64,000 nucleotides of DNA, from assembly GCF_009914755.1 (NCBI RefSeq), contig NC_060925.1; one strand, 5' to 3'. A program made the position numbers and the translations under genes. Numbering within the stretch: the stretch's first letter is position 1; the number at the start of each line of letters is the position of its first letter. This document shows positions 40,650 through 54,230 of the stretch, piece after piece. The stretch is from the human T2T-CHM13v2.0 reference genome, Homo sapiens. Below the pieces are notes generated by a model that made no database searches, was not told the origin of the DNA, and was given only the letters and a program-made list of their open reading frames with translations.

Positions 40650-41506
40650 ATTTTTTTTATTCCTTTTCAACTTTTATTTTAGAATCAGGCAGTACATGTG
40701 CATGATGCTGAGGCTTGGAGTAAGAATGAACCTGTCACCCAGGTAGTAAGCATACTACCCAGTAGGTAGTTTTTCAGTCCTTCCCCTGCCCTTCACCCCC
40801 ACTAATAAATCTCAGTGTCTATTATTCCCTTATTTATGTCCATGTGTACCCTATGTTTAGCTTCCACTTGTAAGTAAGAACACATGGTATTTGATTTTCC
40901 ATTTCTGCATTAATTTGCTTAGGATAATGGCCTCCAGCTGCATCCATGTTGCTGCAAAGACCATGATTTCACTTGCTATAGCTACATAGTATTCCATGGT
41001 GTATACGTGCCACATTTTCTTTATTCAACCCATCATTGATAGACACTTGGATTGATTCCATGTCTTTGCTATTGTGAATAGTACTGTGATGTACATAGCA
41101 TGTATCCTTTTGGTAGAAGGATATATTTTCCTTTGGGTATATACCCAGTAATGGGATTGCTCTGTCGAATGGTAGTTCAACTCTCAGTTCTTTGAGAAGT
41201 CTCCAAATTGCTCTCCACAGTGGCTGAACTAATTTACATTCCCATCAACAGTGTACAAGTGTCCTTTTCTCTTCGACCTTGCCAACATTTGTTATTTTTT
41301 GACTTTTTAACAAAACCATTCTGACTGGTATGAGATAGTATTTTATTGTGGTTTTTATTTGCATTTCTCCAACAATTAGTGATAATGAGCATTTTTTCAT
41401 GTTTGTTGGACCTCTTGTATGTTTTCTTTTGAGAAGTGTCTGTTCATGTCCTTTGCCCACTTTTTAGTGGGGTTATTTGGTTTTTGCCTGTTGATTTGTT
41501 TAAGTT
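40650..41506 (-). mobile_element. 5'-truncated L1PA15/16-like LINE-1
   Basis: Reverse 3' UTR and ORF2 C-terminus (ORF 41245-41460: EMQIKTTIKYYLIPVRM); 10-bp TSD cctgggattt at 40640-40649 and 41507-41516. Confidence 0.9.
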
Positions 41507-42769
41507 CCTGGGATTTTGTGTAGCCTGTGTATCTCATAAGTGCTCAGGAAAATCTTAACAAACATCAAGTTTTTCTTTTTTTCTCTAAAAAATCATTTGT
41601 GAGCTCTGTGAAGATACAACCCTAAACCAGGAATTTCCCAGTTTAGAATGGAAGCACACACTTGGAAAATTTACTTTGTGCTTTCTTCACCTTTAACATG
41701 GTAAATGGATATTCAGGACTCAGAATTTACTCTGTTCACTTTGACCTGAACAAATCAAGCCCTCAGCTGTATGGCTTGTGGTGATGCCCAGCCCCTTTGG
41801 AGAAGCCACATGACCCATGAGCTACAGAGGAGACTCAGTTGGTCACGGTTGGACCTGGGCCAAGTCATGACCACGCAAGACCCCTTTATGTCAACAGCCA
41901 CTCCTTTTGCTTCTCGGGCAGCTGTGAGAAGTGATGATGGGACTGGTGATGAGATTCAGGCGGCTCTGGCAAAGCAAAACCAGTCTCTTGCATGCGGCCA
42001 AACTCTTTGCCATTTTTTTTCTCTGTGGAAGATAGAGCTGGAAGGAATCTTGCATATTGGCTTGGTCCAAGACTCTCATTTTACTGGAGAACAGCAGAAA
42101 CCATAGGAGTGAAGCATCCAACCCCTGGTCTCCACCTACTGCTGTTTAGAGTGGTGCCTGAGAATGCGAGGGAAGTGGGGAGTTCTCAGAGAGCCTTTGG
42201 GCTCCAAGCCTGCACAAGAAGCTTCCTGGGGCCCAGAAGATGTGTGCCACCTGGAGGGAGGGTCAGGGCTTGGTCCCTGCAAGGCTGATTCTCTGCACTC
42301 ACAGACTGTGCCTTCTGCTTGGTCAACTGTCTGTTGTAGAGCGTTGATCCTGCATCCAATTTAGTGACTTAATCCTGTGTTCTCTCCCCATGGCCTGGGA
42401 GTTACTTTAATTATGTCTCTAATAATCTTTGTTTTCCAACATCTGGCATGAATCCTTAGTGCCTGCTCATTGAGTGAGTGCATAAATCACTTGACAATGG
42501 TTTAGGATCTGTTCTTCACTTAAATGGGATGGGATGGCATCATCAAAATATCCGGCCCTCTTAATGAATGCCAAAATGACTTCTGGCCTATCTAAGAGAT
42601 GTCCTCCCTTCATAGTAGATGGCATGCCCTGCAGTGTCATCAATTGTTGTCAAAACTTATAGAACAGGGTAGATTGACTTCAGGGGGTTACTTTTTCACT
42701 GATTGAAGTCATGGGAAATTAGGATCAACCAAAGGCTCTTTCAGGTCATACGTTCTAGGGTTTTGTGTC

Positions 42770-43060
42770 CTAAACTCATTTTGTTCAACAATATTTATTG
42801 GATGTCTACAAAGCACCAGATCCTGTGCTGCAGACCCCCACACTCAGAGCTCAGGGTCTTGCTGGGACAATCGGACAAGCAATGGCAGTCTAATCCAGTG
42901 GGATGAGGGAGTAAGAGGCCACGGAGGAGGAGCAGATAACCTGGTGTGGGAAAGGCTGTCCACAGGATGAGTCACTGAGCAGAGACCTGAAGGACAGGTC
43001 CAGGGGAGCTGGGAGGAAGGCAGTGGGGTGGGAGAGGGACGAGACATCTGAGAGGAAGGG
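42770..43060 (-). mobile_element. L2 3' fragment
   Basis: ttcaacaatatttattggatgtctac...gagctcagggtct...actgagcagagacctgaagga. Confidence 0.6.
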
Positions 43061-45534
43061 GCTGCTCGGGTAAGGCCAAGAGGAAATGATACCTCACCAT
43101 GTTTGAGGACACTGGATGGAGTGCTGGGCTCCCTGTCCAGCTGGGCAATCAGTCACCTCAGCACCTCTACTGCCATTTGTCTTGTCTCTGAAATGATGCA
43201 CCATATGAGGGACCCATAGGGAGGGGTGAACTAACTTCTTCCCACCTCCATAGGTTTTCCTGGCCAACATCCCCAGTGCAAAACGTCTTTCAACCCATCT
43301 CATTCTGACCCCCCAAAATTAGAAAAAAGAGCTAAGCTAGACACAATGCAGTCGCAGGCATGGACTGGGACCGAGATCTGACTTTGCATTCTGGCAAACT
43401 GGCATGCCCACTCCTGGCTCCATCAGCAGTTGGCCTGAAATTTGCTGTTTCATGCGAGCAACCCATCTATCAAGGACAGGACAGTTTTGACGGTTATGAG
43501 AATATGTGAAAGTGCTGTTTGGATGATATTAAATGGAGCAAAGTAGGTCAATATTTTCTGGAGTAATGAACTTGAGTTTAATCAACATATCATAAGCAAA
43601 ATTACGTGAAGAAGCATAGCAAGTTATTATTGCTGTATTTGGTTATTTTACTACTTAATCTTCTAATATATGCACATAATAATAAAATAATTTTACTGTG
43701 GATAGAACTCATTTTTCTACAATCATGCAAGTGTATTTAACAGCATGTTAATAATGCATCATGCTATATTTGTGAGGAAATGTTTTTAAAGTTAGACCCC
43801 TTTGGGGACATTGGGCCCCCATGTTCTCACATCCACCGACAACATGGTGGCCTTGCCCACATAGTAGATGCTTAATAAAAATGGGTAGGAACGTTAATAA
43901 GTTTAGGAGTGTGACTGTTTCCAAGATCATCAGCTATACATGGACCAAGGAAGGGCTTCTTATTGGTGTGTGGTTTTTCTGATACAGAACAACCCTCGAA
44001 AATTGGAAGATAGTTCTATCAATCTCAAGGAAAACAGAATGTGTTTTAAAGAGGTCACTTTTATCAAGCTGGAGATCCTTCTCTATGTCCCTCATCACTC
44101 CTGCAAACCTTGGAAGAAGAGTTTGAGTGAGGCAAGGAGAACATAGAAAGACTCAGCAGCTTCCATGTGGGAAGCAAGTTGAGAGCTTGTGCTGAGGAAT
44201 AAACTGGTGCTGGAATCAGAGCCAGCCCTCCTTGCTGGGTGGCTTCAGGGAGGTTACTCACCCTGACTAAGCTTTCACACCTGCCTCTCAAGGTGGAGTG
44301 AGGGCTAAATGAAGGCCTTCCTGGAAGTGCCTATAGCAAACATTGCTCCTGCAGATATATTATTATTATTGTCATAGTCATTATGATCATCATTGTCATA
44401 GTCATTTTCATCATTAGGGCCTGAGGGGAGGCATCCCCATGCCGAATATGCATTTGGTCCCCTGAACCTGATGTATGTTCTTTGGCCAAAACAAAACAAA
44501 CTGACTGAGCCATCTCTACTCTGACCCTGTGAAGTCAGAGTCTGGCACCATTCTGTAGCATGAGCTCCTGTCTTTCTTAAGCCCAGCTGTTTCTTACACA
44601 GTGACATCCCAGGTGCCCTGGGGTTTGGGACTCCTGGCAGGAGAGAAGAGAATGAACCAACCCATTCTGAGAAGTCAGGCATTGTTATGGCCCTGGAGAT
44701 GGGTGGTGAAGGCAAAACCATGTGTGTGTGTGTCTATGGATGCCTGGATTCCTGACCGCAGTCAGCATTGCCCATCAATTCCAGGTCAAAAGAAGGAAAG
44801 GGCTGGGTCCCATGGTCACCAAGCCCTTGCCGCTCTGCTCTTCTTGTGAAAGTGACCTTCAGAGTTTCATCAGCTGATAGCAGACAGCCAGATTGCCCTC
44901 TAGTAAAGCCTAGTTTAAGATCAGTTTCAGGAATTTTCTGGGTGTTTTTATCTTTGCAGTGAAGCCATAAAAGCCCTCATAGCAGCTGGGCAGGCTGCAA
45001 AGTTGATGCTTCCGAGTGGCTCATTAGAGTGTAATGGCATTCCTGAGAGTAGATGTTGCTGCAAGCAGCAGGCAGGAAGCTCATGCGGCAGCAGCCTGAT
45101 GGATACTCCGCGTCAAGGGGGTTCTGGCGGATGCGTGGCAGGCAGGCAGCGGCTACACTCCATGGGCGGTGCTGGGTTGCGAAAGGGGCTGACAGTGCTG
45201 CTCTCCGGCAGAGGGGTGGGGGCAGGTGCATGCACATTGCAGATGAAAAGGTGAGGGGTCTCAGTGGGTGTGATGGGAGTTAGACAACAGCACTGTTTAG
45301 GAGGTGGTTTAAAGCTTTTTCTCTAATTTAAATTGGGTAATAAATTCTGACCCTAACATGAGTATTGTATCTGATGGGATTCAGTTTGGGGAAAAATTCA
45401 GTCTTGAAGTCTAGCAAATTCCAGTTTCGGTCTCAACCTTTGGGTCATCTCGAGGCCTCAGAGAAGGCAATCATTTTGAGACCCACTTTCTTTTCTTAGG
45501 ACAACCCAGACAGATGGGACTTCTCATGATCCCT

Positions 45535-46395
45535 TCCTGTGCGGCAAACCACTCTAACACTTCGTGGTTTATTATAACAGCAATTGTAAGTTATCTCTCA
45601 AAGTTTCATGGATGGACTGCGCTCAGTGGAGCGGTTTTCATCTGGAATCTCTCTGGTCATGTCTAGATGGGGGCTGCATCTTGAGTCATCAAAGGTTTGG
45701 TAGGGCTGGAAGGGCAAACTGGCCTCTTCACTTACATCTTAGGCACCAAATCTGGGCTGGCAGGAAGGCTGGGGCGGGTGGGGCAGCCTGCTCTCTCCAT
45801 GGCCTTTCCATGGGGGTGGCGTGGGCTTCCTTGCAACGTGGCCTTCTCAGAGTAGTTTATTTCTTTTCTTTTTCTTTTTTTTGAGACAGAGTCTCACTGT
45901 GTCACCCAGGCTGGGGTTCAGTGGCATGATCTTGGCTCACTGCAACCTCTACCTCCAGATTCAAGTGATTCTCCTACCTCAGCCTCCTGAGTAGCTGGGA
46001 TTACAGGTGCTCTCCACTACACTCAGCTAATTTTTGCATTTTTAATAGAGATGGGGTTTCACCATGTTGGCCAGGCTGGTCTCACTCTCCTGATCTCAAG
46101 TGATCCACCCACCTTGGCCTCCAAAAGTGCTGGGATTACAGGCGTGAGCCACCGTAGTTGGCCCGAGTCGTTGATTTCTTACACGGCAAATGTCTTCCCA
46201 AAGAGTGAGCATTCTAAGGTGATGGGAATGGAAGCTGCCATCTCTGAAGGCCCTGGCCCGGAAGACAGCACCGAATCACCCCGGCCATTGTCTACTGGAC
46301 AAACTGTCACAGAGCCTGCCCAGATTCAAGTGGAGGGGCAAGGAGTTTTCCTCTCCGTGGGAAGAGTGGCAAAGAATTTTTGTGGCCATCTTTAA
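45535..46395 (-). mobile_element. MLT1H-like LTR split by an Alu
   Basis: caaaccactctaacacttcgtggttta...ctctctccatggcctttcca...gggcttcc; resumes ttcttacacggc...gcccagattcaagtggagggg...gcaaagaattttgtggccatctttaat. Confidence 0.75.
45860..46164 (-). mobile_element. AluS (Sz/Sx-like)
   Basis: Reverse dimer; degenerate TSD gagtagtttatttctt / gagtcgttgatttctt. Confidence 0.93.
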
Positions 46396-46706
46396 TTCTT
46401 CTCTGCATTGAGAAAATGATATTTTCCCCCAAATGCTGCTGCATGAACAAAATGAAGGACAATTTGTAGAGCATCTTGCTGAGTGCCTGACACATACCGG
46501 TGTTCAGTAAATACCCATTTCCTTCTCCTTCGGCCCTTTGTCCTTCCCTAGGCCACTTGCAACTGAGATGCTCTTAGCAACAGCGGAGCCAAGAGACCTG
46601 GCTGGCCCTCCCTTCCCTGAGGGATGGGAAAGTCAGGCCATCAAAGTTTCAGGTTGAGATGGTTTTTCTCAACCCCATCTGCAAGATAGAAACCCATGGG
46701 AGACTT

Positions 46707-47327
<621 letters not shown>

Positions 47328-48046
47328 TAAAATGGGAAGCATTTAAACCCTGTCAATTTTTGCCCTAAGCCTAGGGCTTCTCATGAAGCCCTAGCTGTTT
47401 GACACGAGGCTCCTTTATGTTTCTAAGCTTTCTTCCCCAGGCCACTTCAACGCTGGCAATTGAGGGTTGAACACTGGGGTTCTAGGATACCATGTTCATG
47501 TGCCAGGGTGTGGCAGGGAGAGGACCTAGGAGGAGGTCAGTAGGGATGGTGGCACGGAAAGAATGTGAGTTACCCACAAGCGAAGTCCCAACCAGGCCAC
47601 TGCTTACAGTCACCAGGGGGTGCCACAGCCCTGGGCTCCCTGGTACCCAACAGCAGCTGGAGGGCATGGACAAGGTCATGCCAAGGTGAATCTTCCCCCA
47701 TCTCCCCGCCTCCTCCTGTGAGCAAGGAATGAACTTTTCTTTTCTAAAGATTTAACACCTCATTCATAAAAATAAAATGGTTACATGAGACCCCCTACTA
47801 GAGAGAACACCAAGTACATTTGGTTCCCATCAAGTCCGAGGGCGAGAATGGATATAAATAGTTGGCTTTTAAGAGGAAACTGCTGAGCAGGTGCAAATAC
47901 TCCCCGTACCTTGGAAGTGTCTGCTGAGCCTTATTACTCTGGGTAATTGGGGTTATGTGCCGTTGCTCTCTCTTACGGCCAAGGTTTCTGTTTCTGAAGC
48001 TGGTGCCTCCAGGATGAATTAGCGCCCGCCCCTTCATAAGCAGTGA

Positions 48047-48666
<620 letters not shown>

Positions 48667-49121
48667 TTATCTGAACAAAATTACTCAGTTCTTCACCCAC
48701 GCCTAGATTGCCAGTTCAGTGATGACCAGTTGATTTATTACAAAGAATAGAAAACTGATCAGAAGAATTGTCTCTTATGTAAGATTTTCCTCCTACCGAG
48801 GAGTTTGTCATTTGCTTTCATTCTCTTGATTGATCAAACCAGGCCTCCATTTGAATCGCCTGCAGGGACTTGGTGGAATCAGCAGAAGGGGCAACATTCT
48901 AACATTTTTTGAAAATCAACATCAGTCTTTGAGAAAGTCTCTGATTTATACAAAGTCTCATAGAGCCTCTTACCCCTTTTTAAATAGTTAATTTTTAAAC
49001 ATACTAGGTTTTATTAATTTTGATTATCCATGCTGTGAGTAGCTAATTTGTAACCAACTGTGTGACCTTCCATTGGCCTCAACTGCATAGACATGGAATG
49101 TGGATTTTTGCATAAACCATC

Positions 49122-49486
49122 TGTATTAGTTTGCTGCCATATCAAAGTACTGCAGACTGGGCGGCTTAAACAACGAAATGGACAGTCTCACAGTTCTGAA
49201 CTCTGGAAGTCCAAGATCAACGTGTCAGTCAACAGGGCTGGTTCCTCCTGAGGCCTCTCTCCTTGGCTTGTAAATGCCATCTTCTCTCTGGGTCCTCACA
49301 GGTTCGCCCCTCTGTGTGTCTGTTTAATAAGGATGTCCATTGATTGGGTTATGGCCCACTCTCGTGACCTCGCCTTTACTTGATGACCTCTGTAAAGACC
49401 CCATCTCCACATACACTCATGTTCTGATGTACTATGGGTTAGGACTTCAATATGTGAATTTTGGGGACACAGAGCAGCCCATCACA
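49122..49486 (-). mobile_element. MLT1B-like solo LTR
   Basis: tgtattagtttgct...gactgggcggcttaaacaac...ggaagtccaagatcaa...gaggcctctctccttggcttg...ttaggacttcaatatgtgaattttgggg...gcccatcaca. Confidence 0.85.
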
Positions 49487-50814
49487 CCCCTCAGACCAGC
49501 CCCAGCATCCTGCCTCGCATTGACACCTGACACAGAGGCTGCAAGGATCTGCAGCCAGGCCTGCGGGGGGCTCCTCATCTCCGCCCTCGCTGTGGCTCTG
49601 GCAGCTGCTGCTGACTTGGTTCAGGAAGGGGATGCCCCTCCTGATGATGACCTTCGCTGCCTCTCCACTGGGTTATTTAATATGGCAGGTTTCCTTTCCA
49701 CCTCCCACAGCCGTAAACGAAGACAGATTGCTCCTCTCACGTTTAAGGGCTTTTGAATATAGAGTAGAATTGATCTTATATATGGGAGAGGTAACATTCC
49801 TTGAACACACCAGCATAAGATTGTATTTGATGACAAGGCCCCTCGCTCAGTAAATTCCTCCTTCCAGGGAGATCATAGATGGACGTGCTCCCATATGGAG
49901 GTGAGAACATAGCAGAGATAATGTTTAACTATTTTCCCAATGGGTCTGAGTTAAAATTCTATTTTCCTAATCATTTACCAGAGATTCGCTGCCTCTTAGT
50001 GAAACACAGTTTAGCAAGTCACATAAATCAGATCTGTTGGTAGTCTCTAAACTCACCGACTTCGTTGTTTTTCTGTGTTGTGAGCCTCAGCCTGCCTTGC
50101 CATGCATCTCCCTTGCTCAAGAACCTTCAGTGGCTCCCCATTGCCTCTTGGATCAGACCCAGGTTGTTGTCCCTCGCCTTGTATCCTATTTCCCTCTCCT
50201 GCTGCAAACAGCAACTTCCTTGTCGGAACAGACCAGCTGCTCACCACCCACACACTCCCCCACCACCCTTGAGAGCTCACGTTCTCCACTAAGCTCTCCC
50301 CAGCTACCAACACCTTCAGAACACAGTAAATCTTCTCTTGAGTACATTTTTTGCGTGTATATGAATCTAAACAAGATTCAACTCTGAGGTTGCAGAAGGT
50401 AGAGGAGAGTGAAGAAATGGCACTACCAAGTTCATTCTTGTTGGGCTTCAACAAGAGATAATTTTTTTTTTCAGGCCACAACATGGCATTCTACCTTACC
50501 AATCATGGTTTTGAAATAAAGGCACTGTTTATTTATCCAAATGCTCAAAATATCTCAATCTGCAGATTTCTTTTTACCTCTATGAGATTCAATTCAGTTC
50601 TCTTATTGTTCTTTCTCTCCTGTGATCCTTGGGGTGGGGGAGGGGGGCTTGCACTGGCATGAAGAGGAGACAGCACTGGTCAGTTGACTCACTGAGTGAC
50701 ACCCTGTCATGTCTAATTAAACTACAGGCTTTGTGGACGGCTTAATGGACGTTCTCTGCAGATTTCTCTGGCTTCTGCTTTTCCTGTACTTTTTTTGGAC
50801 TTGTTTTTGCAAAC

Positions 50815-50988
50815 GGCAGTGTCAGGTAGGGCATGGATTTGGGAGCCAGAAAGCCCAGGTTCAAATCCTGACTCTGCCACTTACTAGCTATGTGGCTTTG
50901 GGCAAATTACTCAACCTCTCTGTGCCTTATTTTTTCCAGTTGTAAAATGGAAGATAATACTAGCACCTCTCACCGAAGATTGTTGAGG
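50815..50988 (+). mobile_element. MIR 5' part (probably resumes near 51895-51985)
   Basis: ggttcaaatcctgactctgccacttactagctatgtggctttgggcaaattactcaacctctctgtgcct...tgtaaaatgg. Confidence 0.88.
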
Positions 50989-51897
50989 TGGGTCCAGAAC
51001 TGTGACACTTACATCCGGGCAGTTTACTTATCAGGACTGAAATGAAGGCACTCGCCCCAACCTAACTTTACTATTTGTGCCGAGAAATTCTTGCCAGGAA
51101 GATAAGGCTGTAAATGAGTAAACCACAGAATTATTACCCTCAGCGACAACCCCAAAATCTGTTTGGCAGCACCATAGTTGGCTCCTCTGGGCAAGCAGCC
51201 CCATTCTCAGGACAATAGATCGCTAACTGGGTGGTATGGTTTGGCTGTGTCCCCACCCAAATCTCATCTTGCATTGTAGTTTCCATAATTCCCACGTGTT
51301 ATAGGAGGGATCTGGAGGGAGACCATTAACTCACGGGGGCAGTTTCCCTCATACTGTTCTTGTGGTAGTGAATAAGTCTCATGAGACCTGATGGTTTTAT
51401 AAGGGGAAACCCCTTTGGCTTGGTTCTCATTTTCTCTCTTGTCTGCCACCATGTGAGACATGCCTTTTGCCTTCCACCATGATTGTGAGGGCTCCCCAGC
51501 CGCATGGAACTGTGAGTCCATTAGACCTCTTTTTCTTTATAAGTTACTCAGTCTCAGGTATGTCTTTATCAGCAGTATGAAAACAGACTAATACAACGGG
51601 AAAACCCAATTATTTATCAGATGATTGTTTACTCATCAAAATTTCATCCAAGACGCTTGCCTGGCTATGTCCACCGATCCTAAACCATTATATGGCAAAC
51701 ATCCCAATCAGATCTGTGTATTGAAAAACCCATCTCGAGCTACCCAAACCCAGACCCCCAAAATCTATATGCGTTCCCCCTTCACCTCCCTGTGACCTCT
51801 GTCAAGGTGGAGTTCTCCCCACTGCACTGAGCAATGAACTTGGCCTTGCTTGATCCACAGGTTACTATGGTGCTGTTTGGGAAACTTGGGAGTTAAT
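50985..51897 (+). mobile_element. Old ERV1-class solo LTR (MER89/MER90/MER34-like), split by THE1
   Basis: ggaagataaggctg in the 5' half; ctctgtcaaggtggagttctcccc...gcaatgaacttggccttgcttgatccacagg in the 3' half. Family uncertain. Confidence 0.55.
51232..51595 (+). mobile_element. THE1 (B-like) solo LTR
   Basis: tatggtttggctgtgtccccacccaaatctcatcttg...ggtatgtctttatcagcag...cagactaataca. Confidence 0.93.
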
Positions 51898-52046
51898 GAG
51901 ATTAACTGCATGATCCTTCATTCATAATATCTAAGAAACACTTTGTCAATGCTTGGTGCATGCAGGCAATAGGAATTAGTTATTCTTCTAATACTGTGCC
52001 TCGAAAATCATTTGGGTGCATAAAAACATGTATTTTACTCTCTGTA

Positions 52047-52124
52047 TTTCATTGTGGGACCCACCTCCTGGTCTTCACTGCAACTTTCTCCAGCACCAGA
52101 TCAGACCTAAAAGCATCAAATAGC
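52047..52124 (+). repeat. Left arm of 78-bp inverted repeat
   Basis: Its reverse complement equals 52913-52990 at 76 of 78 positions (aligned by hand). Confidence 0.97.
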
Positions 52125-52912
52125 TTTTAATGCTCAAAAATGGCTGCAAGTGAACAAGCAAAGACAAAGAAGATCTGTCACTGGAAGATAAAATAAAAGC
52201 ACTTGTCAGAATTGCAGCTGCACTGTTGGGGCCTCCGTGGGGCATTTTTAAGCAATGCAAGAATCTGACAGCAGTTCTCAGCCTCTAACCATAAGCAGGA
52301 TCCATGTTGAACAGTAACCATCATCCTTATCACTGCAGTGGCTCTTGTGCAGGTGAAGAAGAGCACGGGCCTCTGTGCCAGGCCAGCATAGAACTTGGGG
52401 TAGGAGGACTTTAAAGAGAATATTTCCTTGTCCCTCACCAGCCACCCGTTGGAGATTTTGATACGCCCCACCCCAGCCTGCTCGACAAGTTTTACAGCGG
52501 AAAACTCAGTAGGAAGGACAGCACTTTTGTATTTTCTTCTCATTCCCTGTTTTCCATGGGATCTTGATGTCAATTTCAGTTTTTGCCACTCACCAGGGTA
52601 CTTCTCAGGAACATGACCTTCATGCCAACCAGTGGAGACAAGAGCTCACAGAGCCTTCCGCAGGATGAGAGCATAGGAAGGATCCACTGGAAAGGCAGGT
52701 ATGCAAGCATTCCAGAATGTTATCTTCTTCCACCTTTTGTAATCTCTTATATTTGGATGTCAGTTCCTTTTGGTACGAGCACCTCAAGAGCATTTCATGA
52801 TGGATGGCAGGGTAGCAAAAGAAGACACATTGCATGTACATGGATGCACACGACTTCTGACCCTGTGACACTTTTCGCAGTTTGACCAACAATATTGATT
52901 TTTGTCTGTGCT

Positions 52913-52990
52913 GCTATTTGATGCTTTTAGGTCTGACCTGGTGCTGGAGAAAGTTGCAGTGAAGACCAGGAGGTGGGTCCTACAATGAAA
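52913..52990 (-). repeat. Right arm of 78-bp inverted repeat
   Basis: gctatttgatgcttttaggtctgacctggtgctggagaaagttgcagtgaagaccaggaggtgggtcctacaatgaaa is the reverse complement of 52047-52124 with 2 mismatches. Confidence 0.97.
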
Positions 52991-54002
52991 GCCAGTTGGC
53001 TGGGAGACTGATTGGTAACAGAGGGAGGCCAGAGCTACTCGCTTACCAGGGCTGATGCCTCTACACCGAAATCGTTGTGGTGATGGGAGTGAGTGAGAGA
53101 TCTCTTTTCTAATGGATGACCCCAGTTCCGTTTGGAGAGGGTATTTGAAACTACTTTTCCAAACTACTTGGCTTGGTTTTCTTTCTTTTCTTTTCTTTTT
53201 TTTTTTGGCCAACACAACTAAATTACCTTTTTTTCCCTCCGAAACAAATTTTTTTGGAAAAATACAACTACCCCCATTTCCTTACACGCCCTTCCCTAGC
53301 ATACAAGCTGGTGAACTTCTTTTGAAATTGATTTAAAAAGTAGGACACGGTGCCTTGTTAATAAGCCATAGGGAGAGCAGAAATGTTGACATTGGCTTGA
53401 AATGTCAAGCCCCTCAGCCATTTTTATTTTAAACCTCAGACCCCGAAGGAACTGTTCTGATTTTCCTCCCTGCATCTGCCAGAAGAGGGTCCTTAGGAAG
53501 GCCACCATGGATGTCAGATGAGCTCTCAGCCCCTCAAAGGCCTCCTCTCAGCTCATTTTGCTTGGAAACTGGCAAACACTCATTCGTATGCATGCCACTA
53601 ATCTGAAATTTATGATAATTCGGAGATACAGTGAATGGAAGGTTTAGCTAAACAAATTTATAATGCAAACAAGATTGCAGGAGGGAGGCTGAACTTCTTG
53701 TAGTTAGCAGCTGATTTCCAAGGACCGGAGGACCCCATTTATGTGATCTATAATTGACTTGCCAATTACCAATCTGTCTTATCTGCTTTTCTGCTAGATT
53801 GAAAGGCGGGGACCTCATGTAGGCTGGGACCAGCCTGGTGCTTAATGCTCAAAGATATTTGCTGATTGAAAAAATGAGTATGTTTTAGTAAAATAAGCGC
53901 CCCAGGGGAAACACTTAGTTTTGGTGATTCAGTATGCTATTTGACAAATTAATCTCTATTTCTTTTAAAACACGCTCTATTTTAGACTTTTCACTAATCT
54001 AG

Positions 54003-54230
54003 ATTATTTGTTCTCAATAGGAGTAATCTTGCCCGCCCCCACCCCGGAGAAACTTGGCAATATCCGGAGACATTTCTTGTTGTTACAAATTAAAGGAATG
54101 GGGGAGGTCCTGGCATAGTGGGTAGGGACTGGGGATGCTACTGAACATTCTACACTATACATGGCAATCCCCGCCCCTGCAAGGTATCATCTGGCCTCAA
54201 TGTCAATGGTGCTGAGCTTGGGAAACCCTG
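54003..54230. mobile_element. MER20 (hAT-Charlie)
   Basis: gttctcaa...ttggcaatatccggagacattt...ctggcat...gggatgct...aatgtcaatggtgctgagcttgggaaaccctg. Confidence 0.85.

Noticed and set aside
52047-52990. Active or recent DNA transposon/MITE
   Set aside because: No TA or 8-bp TSD, no recognisable TIR family and no transposase trace; kept as a rearrangement or RNA-stem finding instead.
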